Assembly (NCBI GenBank): GCA_902788805.1
Contig: CADALO010000002.1
Span: 66,349-130,348, forward strand
Length of the DNA stretch: 64,000 bases
Source of the DNA: an uncultured Bacteroidota bacterium
GTDB lineage: Bacteria > Bacteroidota > Bacteroidia > Bacteroidales > P3
Direction of reading: 5' to 3'
The position numbers and the translations under genes are program-made. Positions 9,562-18,762 of the stretch are shown one piece after another (the first letter of the stretch is position 1; each line of letters opens with the position of its first letter). The notes beneath the pieces were generated by a model, which was not told the origin of the DNA, made no database searches, and saw only the letters and a program-made list of their open reading frames with translations.

Positions 9562-10395
9562 TCAGAATCTATAGTTTAACGACAACTGTGGCGTCAGGCC
9601 GAGAACACTGTGGAACTCGGCCGCAATATCGGCACCGAAGTGCTCCTTGCGCAAGCCGAAGCCGAAGGTATAGAGCGCTGGCTGGGTATTGACGCCGACC
9701 CTGAAGGCATACACCTCGTGAAACAGGTACTCGACTCCGAATCGGAGCGTGGCCAGATGCTGCAGGTCCTTCTCCACCTCCGCCACAGCGAGAAGCCGCT
9801 CCGTGAGCCGATACGACAAGCCCAGATTAAGCAGCGCTGGGAGGCGCGGAGAGGCGTCGGCGTCCGAGACTACCGCAGACGGGTTAAAGGCTCTGAAACC
9901 GACGGAAAACGCCTTTGTTGGGGCATATCGCAGCGCCAATGAGAACGTCATCCTGTTCAGCGGCTCGTAATAGGGGTCCGACGTGCCTGAATGCAGGTAA
10001 TGGAACCCCACTCCCATCGCTATACGCTGGCCAATGGGGATACCATACAACAGATTCACACCCTGTTCGTTGTAGTCAGCATTGCCGAAATGCAGGAATG
10101 TCAACGCCCCCGCCCCGAATCCGACAGGCACCACGCCGCCGAACGATGCACATCCCATCCCCTCCTCCATAAAGCCCTGCCTGAAGCTCGCCGCGACAGC
10201 GATATTGTCCACCTTTGCAAGCGTAGCGATATTGTGCATTGCCGACTCCTCATCGCCAAGCGCAACCGCCGCCCCGCCCATTGCGGCACTGCGGCCACCC
10301 ATAGCAGGGAAACTGAACTGTGCAAAAAGTGGCGTTGCAAAAAGCAACGCCACCATAAAGACAAGTTTTAAAGGAATGGCTGTTTGCCGTCCCAT
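9562..10395 (-). CDS. small outer-membrane beta-barrel protein, PorV/PorQ-like
   Basis: 277 aa. Signal peptide ends FAQ. N-terminal GGRSAAMGGAAVALGDEESAMHNIATLA resembles the PorV/PorQ-family opening motif. Ends LSLNYRF. Only 5 nt from the downstream barrel gene. Confidence 0.5.
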   Translation of the reverse strand: MGRQTAIPLKLVFMVALLFATPLFAQFSFPAMGGRSAAMGGAAVALGDEESAMHNIATLAKVDNIAVAASFRQGFMEEGMGCASFGGVVPVGFGAGALTFLHFGNADYNEQGVNLLYGIPIGQRIAMGVGFHYLHSGTSDPYYEPLNRMTFSLALRYAPTKAFSVGFRAFNPSAVVSDADASPRLPALLNLGLSYRLTERLLAVAEVEKDLQHLATLRFGVEYLFHEVYAFRVGVNTQPALYTFGFGLRKEHFGADIAAEFHSVLGLTPQLSLNYRF

Positions 10396-10421
10396 TTTGT
10401 GTTCAAATTACCGTTAAATCT

Positions 10422-11138
10422 CTACTTCCACAAACCGCGATGAGTGTAAGCGGCATCGATAAGGTCGTGGATCATAGCGTAACGACGGCTGTTGAACTCA
10501 CCGTTGATGGTAGCCTGATCGAAGTAGTCGCTCAGGACCAAGCCGTTAGCCTGGATATCGTCCCAGTTGTCATTGAGACGCTTAACATCAGAACTGGTGA
10601 AATAGTAGGCGTCGACATTGTTGAAGGTACCCTTCATATTGTGGCCGTATCCCGGATATTCGGTGATGGTGATAGTGCCGCCGTTGGAGATGTACCAAGC
10701 GGTATCGCTGACGGCAATCAGGAGCACATTGAGGCCCGAAGGATTGAAGAAAATGTCGGCGATAGAGTCAAACTTGAAGTCACGCAGACGATCGGCGGTG
10801 AGGACGTTCGAGAGCGTGTAGGTACCCGTGGTGGTATCCGAAACCTGGAAGCCCATAAACGGGAATGCAAGCGCCTGCTCGCGGAGGTTCACATTGGCAA
10901 AAATGTCAATGGTTCCGATGACGGCCTGATTTTCGATAACGGTATCGATGTTATCGGTAATCGTCGAAGCGAAGTGGATAGTGGTGTCATTGCTATAATA
11001 GCCATTCTGACCGGTGATTGTAATCTCAGCGCTTCCGAGGAGACCCTCTTCTACGGCATCGATTATCAAACCTTCGTCGCACGATGAAAGCGACATCATA
11101 AGGAGTGCTACAGCACTGAAAAGTAAACTTTTTTTCAT
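10422..11138 (-). CDS. hypothetical lipoprotein
   Basis: 238 aa. MKKSLLFSAVALLMMSLSSC lipobox. I recognise no family. Confidence 0.7.
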   Translation of the reverse strand: MKKSLLFSAVALLMMSLSSCDEGLIIDAVEEGLLGSAEITITGQNGYYSNDTTIHFASTITDNIDTVIENQAVIGTIDIFANVNLREQALAFPFMGFQVSDTTTGTYTLSNVLTADRLRDFKFDSIADIFFNPSGLNVLLIAVSDTAWYISNGGTITITEYPGYGHNMKGTFNNVDAYYFTSSDVKRLNDNWDDIQANGLVLSDYFDQATINGEFNSRRYAMIHDLIDAAYTHRGLWK

Positions 11139-11191
11139 AATTGTGATTGTTTTATTAAAACTTGGAATGAATTATATACATTAACGTGGTT

Positions 11192-11506
11192 TTACAGATT
11201 TTGTTTCATTTGAACCAAAAAATTTTTCAATTCGGTCAAAGTTTCGACAATCTGGAGGTTCCTGTCGGGTGCTTTGTCGCTCTTAAGTTGCTGGCGTGCA
11301 CCGTCTAACGTCAATCCACATTCTTTTGTAAGATAGTGAATCCTGCGCAGCAAATCGATGTCCTGCTGAGTGTAGCTTCGGGTACCTCGCTTGTTTTTGA
11401 CCGGACGCAGCTCCTTGAATTCCGTTTCCCAAAAGCGGAGCATCGAGGTGTTTACGCCCAACATCTCGGCGACTTCGCCAATGCTATAATACAATTTCCC
11501 TTCCAT
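11192..11506 (-). CDS. small MerR-family transcriptional regulator
   Basis: 104 aa. N-terminal HTH YSIGEVAEMLGVNTSMLRFWETEF...RGTRSYTQQDIDLLRRI is typical of MerR. Confidence 0.85.
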   Translation of the reverse strand: MEGKLYYSIGEVAEMLGVNTSMLRFWETEFKELRPVKNKRGTRSYTQQDIDLLRRIHYLTKECGLTLDGARQQLKSDKAPDRNLQIVETLTELKNFLVQMKQNL

Positions 11507-11593
11507 ATTGTTGAATTTATGATTGTTAACTTATAAATAGCGGCCTAAGGCCCTCGCCCGCCCTTCCACGCGCCAAGCAGGGACCAACACTGG

Positions 11594-11677
11594 TTGTTGT
11601 CCGCTTGTTGTCCGCTTGATGTCCGCTTGTTGTCCGCTTTAAAAGCGGACAACAAGCGGACATCAAGCGGACAACAA
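11594..11677. repeat. near-perfect hairpin whose arms are tandem 11-nt units TTGTTGTCCGC / TTGATGTCCGC
   Basis: ttgttgtccgc ttgttgtccgc ttgatgtccgc ttgttgtccgc ttt | aaaa gcggacaacaa gcggacatcaa gcggacaacaa. The roughly 33-bp complementary arms show no mismatch. Lies between the LptD-like stop (11732) and the MerR start (11506). Confidence 0.9.
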
Positions 11678-11731
11678 AACCTTGCCTGATATGTATGAAG
11701 TGCGTTCCATTATCGTCATTTTCAGCTGTTT

Positions 11732-14347
11732 TTAGTAAACATAGTAGCCTTGGTTGGATTGGTAGTTCTCGCGTTTCTCGTATTTGACATCGGACAACGA
11801 GCTGGCTTTCACGTTGATAGAGAAGTTCCAGCTCTTGTAGTAGCCGAAAGGCACCCAGTTGAAGCGCATCTCCCAGCAGTGGAGGTCACGGTAGATATCG
11901 ATGCTGGTGTACGACATACCCTTGTTGGTGAAATCATAGCCTGTCGAGAAGTTGAACTTCCAGTTCTCGGTCAGAGAGAAGTTGCCCGACACTGATACCG
12001 AGTGGGTTATATCACGTTTTATGTTGAAGCGGGCGGCATCGTAGGCGCTGACATAGCTGAGGGTGTAGTTGAGCGATATGTTCCACGGCACCGAGAAGTC
12101 GGCGTAGGTGCCCATCATCAGCGACGGGCTGAGATCGTAGGGCGTTTGCATTATTGGGGCTATCATTTCGCCTTTGCCTTTGGGCACATCTTTCTTGAAG
12201 GTGTTTTCGTTCAGGCTCCACGACAGTTGCGCGCTCCAGGTGGACTGCTTGTGGAGGAAGAGTTTTTTGCGTGTGTTCCAGAGGAAGACGTTATGCTTGT
12301 TGCCGAGTGTGTCGATTTCGTAGGGCGAGAAGGAGCCTGAGTAGTTCAGTACGAGCATTTTGAACAGCGTGGTGCGGCCCGACACGTTGAGGTCCGACCA
12401 GTTGAGCGAGTCTCTGGCTATGTCGTAGTTCATCGACAGAGTCAGGCTTTCGATCAGCATCACTTTCTTCAGCTCGTCGGCGGTGTCGCGCAGTGGTTTT
12501 ATCTTGGCTTCCAGGTTATTGCTGACAGAGAAGCCTATCTGTCCCGAGCGGCCGTCGGCTGGGCCTCCATAGAGACTTTGTTCGAAAATGGAGTAGCGGT
12601 GAACGTAGCCGGTGGTGTCGGTGTACGACTTCCAGTAGCCAAAGCGTTCGCTGCCGAAGTCGGGGCGGTAGTTGAACGACAGGCTTGGGTTCACGACGTG
12701 GCGCAACGCCTTCAGCGGGCCGTACTTGAAGTTGAACATACCGTAGATGCGGGTGGAGAGCGATGAGTTGAACGACACATCGCGATTGGCTCGGAATCCG
12801 CGTATGGTGTCTATCTTGAGCACACCGTTCGAATCCAGGTTCTTATCGATGGTTGACCAGTGCCAGCGCTCGTTGTAGGACACCGAGTTGGTCCAGTTGA
12901 AGAACTTGAGAACCTTGAGCGTGCTTTGTATCGGCAAGCGGTGGCTGATGCCGTATTGCATCTGGTTCAGTATACTCTTTTTCAGGATGTTGGTATCCTG
13001 CGCATTGACATTGTTAGCCCCCTCGAGGACATACGACATCGAGATGTTCTCGTACCACTTGTAGGCTCCCGAGGGCACTTTGCGTCGCAGCGGATAGAAG
13101 GTGTTGCTGCTCAGCGAGAGCGAGGGTAACTGTATGTTCATCAGGCCGGTCTGTATGTTGTAGGACTCGCGGGCCGACAGCGCGAGATTGAACCAGGAGC
13201 CAAGCGAGGTGGAATAGCTGACGCTTGAGGTCGTGGTGCTGTTAAAGTAGTCGTTGGCGTTTGTCGTGTTGCGGTTGTAGTTACGGCTGATGAGGTTCAC
13301 ATTGGCCGAGAAGCGGCTGTTGGGATTGGCTTTGGCGTCCTGGTCGTGTCGCCAGGCAACCTTGAAGTCGCCATACTTGTTGAAGGTGTTGGTATCGCCG
13401 CGGATACCGGTCTTGGTGATGCCGTAGCGTATGTCGAAGTTGCCCTTGTACTTGTAGCGGCGGTAGTAGTTCGACTTGGCTTCAGCGGCCCAGCTCAAGT
13501 TGGTGTATATCTCGCCGATGAGGGCAAGGTCGACGAAGTCGTTGATTGCAAAGTAGTAACCGCCGTCTTTCAGGTAGTAGCCACGGCCATTCATCCAGCC
13601 ATAGGATGGCATAAGGATGCCCGAAGTGCGGTCGTGAGCCAGCGGGAAGAAGGCGAAAGGCAGGGCCAGCGGAGTGGGCACATCCTCGATGCTGACATAG
13701 GCCGGACCGGTGAAAATCTTGTCGTTGGCAATAAGCTTCGACTCTGAGAAGTTGATGGCAAAATGAGGATGGGCGTAGTTGCAGGTGGTGTATTGGCCGC
13801 TGCTGAGGTACATCACAGAATCGTTGATTTTCTTAATCTTGTCGCCGTGCAGGTAGCCGTCGCCTTCCTGCGTTATGACACCGTAAATGATGCCTTTTCC
13901 GCTGTTGTAGTTGTAGGTCAAAGTGTCGGCGTTGTACTCTGAATCGCCTTGCTTGAATATCGGGCGCCCCTTGTACTTGCCGCTGCTGTCGGCCACACCG
14001 CGGGCGTGGAGCTGTTGCCGGTCGAAGTCCAACTCGACGGCATCGGCCTTGAGGTTCATACTCTGGAAGGTTATTTCACCGTCGCGGTACAGAAATGCCT
14101 TTTTGCTGTCAAGGTCTATCGCCACAGAGTCGGTGGCCTTGTAGGTGACAATCTCGGTCACGGCATCCTTCGACAACGGCAGGAGGCCATTCGAGCTGAC
14201 GACAGAGTCTTTTGCAAGAGACATAGAATCAGACTGTTGGTTGCTGCGAGCAATCGTATCTTGCGCGTAAACAGCCTGTGCTCCCACAAACAGAAAAAGT
14301 AACGGAAGTAGCCAAAGTTGAAAATTATATGATTTTCTGATACTCAA
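11732..14347 (-). CDS. LptD-like LPS-assembly outer-membrane protein (Bacteroidota type)
   Basis: 871 aa. The only nearby in-frame start is TTG 14347. Signal peptide ...LLFLFVGAQAVYAQ. OstA-like N-terminal region (AFLYRDGEITFQSMNLKADAVELDF...GKGIIYGVITQEGDGYLHGDKIKK) followed by a long barrel. Confidence 0.65.
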   Translation of the reverse strand: MSIRKSYNFQLWLLPLLFLFVGAQAVYAQDTIARSNQQSDSMSLAKDSVVSSNGLLPLSKDAVTEIVTYKATDSVAIDLDSKKAFLYRDGEITFQSMNLKADAVELDFDRQQLHARGVADSSGKYKGRPIFKQGDSEYNADTLTYNYNSGKGIIYGVITQEGDGYLHGDKIKKINDSVMYLSSGQYTTCNYAHPHFAINFSESKLIANDKIFTGPAYVSIEDVPTPLALPFAFFPLAHDRTSGILMPSYGWMNGRGYYLKDGGYYFAINDFVDLALIGEIYTNLSWAAEAKSNYYRRYKYKGNFDIRYGITKTGIRGDTNTFNKYGDFKVAWRHDQDAKANPNSRFSANVNLISRNYNRNTTNANDYFNSTTTSSVSYSTSLGSWFNLALSARESYNIQTGLMNIQLPSLSLSSNTFYPLRRKVPSGAYKWYENISMSYVLEGANNVNAQDTNILKKSILNQMQYGISHRLPIQSTLKVLKFFNWTNSVSYNERWHWSTIDKNLDSNGVLKIDTIRGFRANRDVSFNSSLSTRIYGMFNFKYGPLKALRHVVNPSLSFNYRPDFGSERFGYWKSYTDTTGYVHRYSIFEQSLYGGPADGRSGQIGFSVSNNLEAKIKPLRDTADELKKVMLIESLTLSMNYDIARDSLNWSDLNVSGRTTLFKMLVLNYSGSFSPYEIDTLGNKHNVFLWNTRKKLFLHKQSTWSAQLSWSLNENTFKKDVPKGKGEMIAPIMQTPYDLSPSLMMGTYADFSVPWNISLNYTLSYVSAYDAARFNIKRDITHSVSVSGNFSLTENWKFNFSTGYDFTNKGMSYTSIDIYRDLHCWEMRFNWVPFGYYKSWNFSINVKASSLSDVKYEKRENYQSNQGYYVY

Positions 14348-14362
14348 TATCTAAAAAGTTAG

Positions 14363-14391
14363 TATCTTTGCATTTTGAAAATGCAAAGATA
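14363..14391. promoter_or_regulatory. 29-nt perfect palindrome containing two facing TATCTTTG -7 boxes
   Basis: TATCTTTGCATTTTgAAAATGCAAAGATA. All 14 pairs checked base by base, dyad at 14377. The + box at 14363-14370 is 67 nt upstream of amidase ATG 14437. The - box at 14391-14384 is 37 nt upstream of the LptD-like TTG 14347. Confidence 0.6.
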
Positions 14392-14436
14392 GTACAATTT
14401 GCGAAATCTATAAAAACAAAAAATATACATCTGTAA

Positions 14437-15759
14437 ATGAAACGTTTATTCATACTTTTTATTGCGTTATTCATTGTTTCCGGTGTTGCATTTTCACAAA
14501 AAAGAGAGCCCGGAAAAGTAAAAACTCTGGTCATTGACCCGGGTCACGGCGGAGACAAACCCGGCGCCATCGGCAAACAATGCCAGGAAAAAGACCTTAC
14601 CCTGTCGATAGCAAAGAAGTTCGGCAAACTGGTTAAGGACAACTATCCAGATGTCAACGTGATATTCACCCGCACGACAGATGTGGACGTTACGCTGTCG
14701 GACCGTGCCAAAATAGCCAACCGTGCCAAGGCCGACTTGTTTGTTTCCATACACATCAACTCACATCCTACCGCAGTTCCTACGGGAATGGAGACTTATG
14801 TTATGGGACTTTCGCGCAGCCGTGCCAATATGGAGGTGGCAAAGAAGGAGAACGCAGATATTCTGTTGGAAAAAGGCTATAAGGACAACAGCGAGTATCA
14901 AGGCTTCGACCCCAACTCGCCAGAGAGCTACGTTATGTTTGCAATGTACCAGAATGCCTATATCGACAAAAGCCTTAACTTTGCGCAATTCACTCAAGAC
15001 CAATATAAAGCATCTATAAAGACCACCAACCGTGGCGTGAAACAAGCCGAGTTCTTTGTGCTCTACAAGACAGCGATGCCTGCTGTGCTTACCGAAGTGG
15101 GATTTATCAGCAACCCGACAGAGGAGGCCTATATGCTGTCGGACGAGGGACAGGCCACCATTGCAGTGTGTCTGCTCAATGCGTTTGCCAACTATAAGGC
15201 TCACGAAGAGGGCGTTGCAAAGCCTAAGAAGATGGAGATAGACCTGCCTGGATATGGCAAGAACAAAGGCAAAAAAACGGAGCCGAAAGAGGACGATGTT
15301 GAAATCAATGTACCTGACACTCAGGCTGAACAGAACGATGCAATCGCTGAAACAAAGCAAGAGTCGCAGGAAGAGGAAAGCACAAAGACTAACGTTGAGC
15401 TGCCAGAGAAGAATGTTCCTCCGTCAATTGAGCCTTTCCGTCAGGAAGAGCCCGAGATTCAGAGTGTTGTGACAAAAGATGAGGTTGTTGTCGAGGGCGT
15501 TACCTATCGCGTTCAATTCCTCACCAGCGAGAAGGAACTAAAAGAGGGCTCCAAGGAATTCAAAGGCGTTACCGGCTATCAACTTTATAAACAGGGCAAC
15601 GTCTATCGCTACACTATGGGCAACGAGACGACAGTCTCAAGGGCTAAAAGCATTCAAAGCGAGATGCGCAAAAAGGGCTTTAAGGATGCATTTGTGATTG
15701 CCTTCTATAACGGCAAACGCATCAGCCTGCAAGAGGCCCGCGAGCTGCAGGAGCAATAA
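14437..15759 (+). CDS. N-acetylmuramoyl-L-alanine amidase (Amidase_3) with low-complexity linker and C-terminal SPOR-like domain
   Basis: 440 aa. VIDPGHGGDKPGA and ADLFVSIHINS zinc-amidase motifs. E/K/Q-rich linker. C-terminal YRVQFLTS...VYRYTMGNETTVSRAKSIQSEMRKKGFKDAFVIAF resembles SPOR. Confidence 0.85.
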   Translation: MKRLFILFIALFIVSGVAFSQKREPGKVKTLVIDPGHGGDKPGAIGKQCQEKDLTLSIAKKFGKLVKDNYPDVNVIFTRTTDVDVTLSDRAKIANRAKADLFVSIHINSHPTAVPTGMETYVMGLSRSRANMEVAKKENADILLEKGYKDNSEYQGFDPNSPESYVMFAMYQNAYIDKSLNFAQFTQDQYKASIKTTNRGVKQAEFFVLYKTAMPAVLTEVGFISNPTEEAYMLSDEGQATIAVCLLNAFANYKAHEEGVAKPKKMEIDLPGYGKNKGKKTEPKEDDVEINVPDTQAEQNDAIAETKQESQEEESTKTNVELPEKNVPPSIEPFRQEEPEIQSVVTKDEVVVEGVTYRVQFLTSEKELKEGSKEFKGVTGYQLYKQGNVYRYTMGNETTVSRAKSIQSEMRKKGFKDAFVIAFYNGKRISLQEARELQEQ

Positions 15760-15795
15760 ACACAGCCCACTATCAGTAATCTAAAATCCATTAAC

Positions 15796-16500
15796 GTGCT
15801 TGTAGTAAACAACATATCGAAACTATACGGACAACAACGTGCCCTTGACGGGGTAAGCTTCAGCATAAAACCCGGCGAGATTGTAGGCCTGCTCGGTCCT
15901 AACGGCGCCGGAAAGTCAACACTGATGAAGATTATTACCTGCTTCATCCCGCCTTCGGACGGTGAAGTTACGGTGTGCGAACACAGCATCTTCGACGAGC
16001 CGCAACAGGTGTGCCGCTGCATCGGTTATCTGCCTGAGCACAATCCACTCTACACAGATATGTATATCCCTGAATTCTTACGCTTTACTGCCGATATCTA
16101 TGGCATCAAGGATAGTAAGAAAAGGGTGGATGAGATGATTGAGCTGACGGGTCTCGCGCCGGAACTTGGCAAGAAAATCGGTGCACTTTCGAAAGGATTC
16201 CGCCAACGTGTAGGACTGGCCCAGGCAATGATTCACGACCCTCAGGTACTTATACTTGACGAGCCCACAACGGGTCTCGACCCCAATCAGTTGGAGGAGA
16301 TACGCAAAGTGATTCGCAATGCCGGAAAGCACAAGATTATTCTGCTTTCGACGCATATTATGCAAGAGGTCGAGGCAATGTGCAGCCGCGCCATCATCAT
16401 CAACCACGGCCAGATTGTTGCCGACAGCAGTATTGAAGATCTCAAAGGCAAAAGCCACGAGAGCATAGAACATATTTTCCAAAAACTTACAAAAGACTGA
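15796..16500 (+). CDS. ABC transporter ATP-binding protein (ABC-2/GldA-like), no adjacent permease
   Basis: 234 aa with a GTG start. Walker [10 protein letters not shown], signature LSKGFRQR, Walker [12 protein letters not shown]. Confidence 0.85.
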   Translation: MLVVNNISKLYGQQRALDGVSFSIKPGEIVGLLGPNGAGKSTLMKIITCFIPPSDGEVTVCEHSIFDEPQQVCRCIGYLPEHNPLYTDMYIPEFLRFTADIYGIKDSKKRVDEMIELTGLAPELGKKIGALSKGFRQRVGLAQAMIHDPQVLILDEPTTGLDPNQLEEIRKVIRNAGKHKIILLSTHIMQEVEAMCSRAIIINHGQIVADSSIEDLKGKSHESIEHIFQKLTKD

Positions 16501-16508
16501 ATCGCAAT

Positions 16509-17345
16509 ATGACACGGGAAGAACTTATAAACGCCATACAGAAGAAGCAATCATTCCTCTGCGTCGGACTGGATAGCGACATCAACAAAATACCGCAGCA
16601 CCTTAGGAATGAGGAAGATGCAATATTCCTTTTCAACAAGGCTATCATCGATGCAACGCTTCCTTATACTGTTGCATACAAGCCAAATCTGGCTTTCTAT
16701 GAATCGGCAGGCATCAAAGGTCTTATGCAACTCAAAAAGACTATGGACTACCTCCACAGTCTTGACGACAAGGTGTTTACGATAGCTGACGCCAAGCGCG
16801 GCGACATAGGCAACACCTCGCAGCAATACGCCAAGGCGTTCCTCGACCCACAGGGCGACTTCAACTTCGACTCGATGACCATAGCACCTTATATGGGTGA
16901 AGATTCCGTAACACCCTTCACTGTATACGATGGCAAATGGGTTATTCTGCTGGCACTTACATCTAACAAAGGGGCATTCGACTTCCAGTTCATAAAGACC
17001 GAGTATGACGACCGCAACCTCTTTGAACACGTGCTTCAAAAATCGCAGCAATGGGGCACACCCGACAATATGATGTACGTAGTTGGAGCAACCAAAGCGA
17101 ATATGCTCAAAACTGTAAGAAGCATAGTACCAAATAGTTTCCTACTCGTACCTGGTGTCGGTGCCCAGGGCGGCAGCCTTGCCGAAGTGTGCCGCTACGG
17201 ACTCACCAAAGACTGTGGACTGCTCGTCAACTCCTCACGTGGAATCATCTATGCTTCGGGCGATACCGACTTTGCCCAGCGTGCTGCTGACGAAGCCCAT
17301 AAACTGCAACTACAAATGGCCTCCGAGCTGTCTAAAATCCAATAA
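16509..17345 (+). CDS. pyrF: orotidine-5-phosphate decarboxylase (long type 2 form)
   Basis: 278 aa. [21 protein letters not shown] and VPGVGAQGG motifs. Confidence 0.85.
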   Translation: MTREELINAIQKKQSFLCVGLDSDINKIPQHLRNEEDAIFLFNKAIIDATLPYTVAYKPNLAFYESAGIKGLMQLKKTMDYLHSLDDKVFTIADAKRGDIGNTSQQYAKAFLDPQGDFNFDSMTIAPYMGEDSVTPFTVYDGKWVILLALTSNKGAFDFQFIKTEYDDRNLFEHVLQKSQQWGTPDNMMYVVGATKANMLKTVRSIVPNSFLLVPGVGAQGGSLAEVCRYGLTKDCGLLVNSSRGIIYASGDTDFAQRAADEAHKLQLQMASELSKIQ

Positions 17346-17346
17346 C

Positions 17347-17859
17347 GTGGACAATAATCTCGAACAACAGATCTATTCAGCCAGACGTCGGTCGCTTCGC
17401 ATATTGCTTGTACTTAGCTTCATAGGCTCGGGAGTATCATTTCTCAGCAACTTTATGACAGGTGCCATTCTGCCTTTTGCAAAGACGATGTATGAGTCTG
17501 GCAGTATGACCTTTCCGAGCGAAATGACGGTCTATGTTGAAGAACTGCTTGAAACACCGCGTTCATTCTTTTTTAGCAGTGCCTTACTTTATGGATTGTC
17601 GTTGACGGGCGCTATTTTGATGTGGAATCTGCGGAAAAGCGGCTTCCATCTCTACACCCTCGCACAACTGCTTATTCTGCTTATTACACTGCTATTCCTT
17701 GGCAGAGAGCACGTTGCATTAGGCAATATAATGTTCACATTACTTTTTATAATATACTATTATATTGCAATGCGCAACCTTGGTGTATTTGACAAAGGTG
17801 CACTCAATGAAACAATAGCAGAAAAAGAAGAAGGCCAGGACAACGAATGTCACAATTGA
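17347..17859 (+). CDS. hypothetical multi-pass membrane protein (start uncertain)
   Basis: ORF 17155..17859 overlaps pyrF in another frame. Plausible start is GTG 17347, right after the pyrF stop. About four hydrophobic segments (ILLVLSFIGSGVSFL, LLYGLSLTGAILMW, LAQLLILLITLLFL, IMFTLLFIIYYYI). Confidence 0.5.
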   Translation: MDNNLEQQIYSARRRSLRILLVLSFIGSGVSFLSNFMTGAILPFAKTMYESGSMTFPSEMTVYVEELLETPRSFFFSSALLYGLSLTGAILMWNLRKSGFHLYTLAQLLILLITLLFLGREHVALGNIMFTLLFIIYYYIAMRNLGVFDKGALNETIAEKEEGQDNECHN

Positions 17860-18722
17860 CGCAATGTCCGTGCAGAATTTAAATTAGATATAATAATATT
17901 TCCCACGCTTACAGCCATAGAAATGTAGCGTGGAATATCGTCATTGCGGTCTGACATACGTTTCTGACGATCGTTCGGTTCAATGTAAACAACGTCGTTG
18001 TTATGCAAGTAATAATACGGCGAGTCAAGCATTTCTTTCTTTGTCAGGTCAACCTCACCCAAAGTTTTTTGGCCATTCTCATCACGCATTATAACAACGT
18101 TTTCGCGCTGACCATAATCTGTAATATCCCCACAGATTGCCAAAGCTTCCAGAATGGTTAGGCGCGTTCCTGGAACGTGGATTTGCTGTGGAGCACGAAC
18201 CTCACCGACCACTGTCACGCGAAAGTTCATCAGCTTTGTAGTTACAACAGGGTCAATAACATATCCATCTTCTTTCAAACGCTGCTCCAAATAATGCTTA
18301 AGGCTGTCCTGCGTAATGCCAACAACAGACAACTGACCCAGTATAGGAAAATTAATTGTACCTTTCTCTGATACAAAATAGCCTTCTACTTCTGCCACAT
18401 ACTGCTGACTTTCACTACTTATATTACTTTTCGACTGGTCTATAACTCCGCGTCTCAATGTGTCAAGATACTCAAGACTTGAGCCAGTAAGAGTTACTTT
18501 ATGAGTCTCCTGATTAAAGGGGATAACACTCTCCGGAGTCTTGGATTCGACATATATATACAACTGGTCGCCGGGCAGGATTGTTGCCGTATAGACGGCA
18601 AGGATATCCTGTGCGCTGTCACGCTGAGCATCGCTTATGTACGCTATTTCCTTAGTGTGACAAGACACGAAGAGTAGCGGTAAAACCAGAAGCAATAATC
18701 TGAATTGAACTCCATTTCTCAT
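17850..18722 (-). CDS. Wza/BexD-type polysaccharide-export outer-membrane lipoprotein (Poly_export plus SLBB)
   Basis: ORF 17850..18800. ATG 18722 gives MRNGVQFRLLLLVLPLLFVSC lipobox. ILPGDQLYIYV, INFPILGQLSVVGIT and RVTVVGEVRAPQ are typical of the family. Confidence 0.8.
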   Translation of the reverse strand: MRNGVQFRLLLLVLPLLFVSCHTKEIAYISDAQRDSAQDILAVYTATILPGDQLYIYVESKTPESVIPFNQETHKVTLTGSSLEYLDTLRRGVIDQSKSNISSESQQYVAEVEGYFVSEKGTINFPILGQLSVVGITQDSLKHYLEQRLKEDGYVIDPVVTTKLMNFRVTVVGEVRAPQQIHVPGTRLTILEALAICGDITDYGQRENVVIMRDENGQKTLGEVDLTKKEMLDSPYYYLHNNDVVYIEPNDRQKRMSDRNDDIPRYISMAVSVGNIIISNLNSARTLRQL

Positions 18723-18762
18723 AAGGATAAGTATTGTGGTTAATAACCTGTTTCCAAAACAA

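Noticed and set aside
17155-17346. The N-terminal 64 codons of track ORF 17155..17859.
   Set aside because: This part overlaps the 3-prime end of pyrF in another frame and translates to a non-hydrophobic P/S/C-rich sequence. The membrane-protein character begins only after the pyrF stop.
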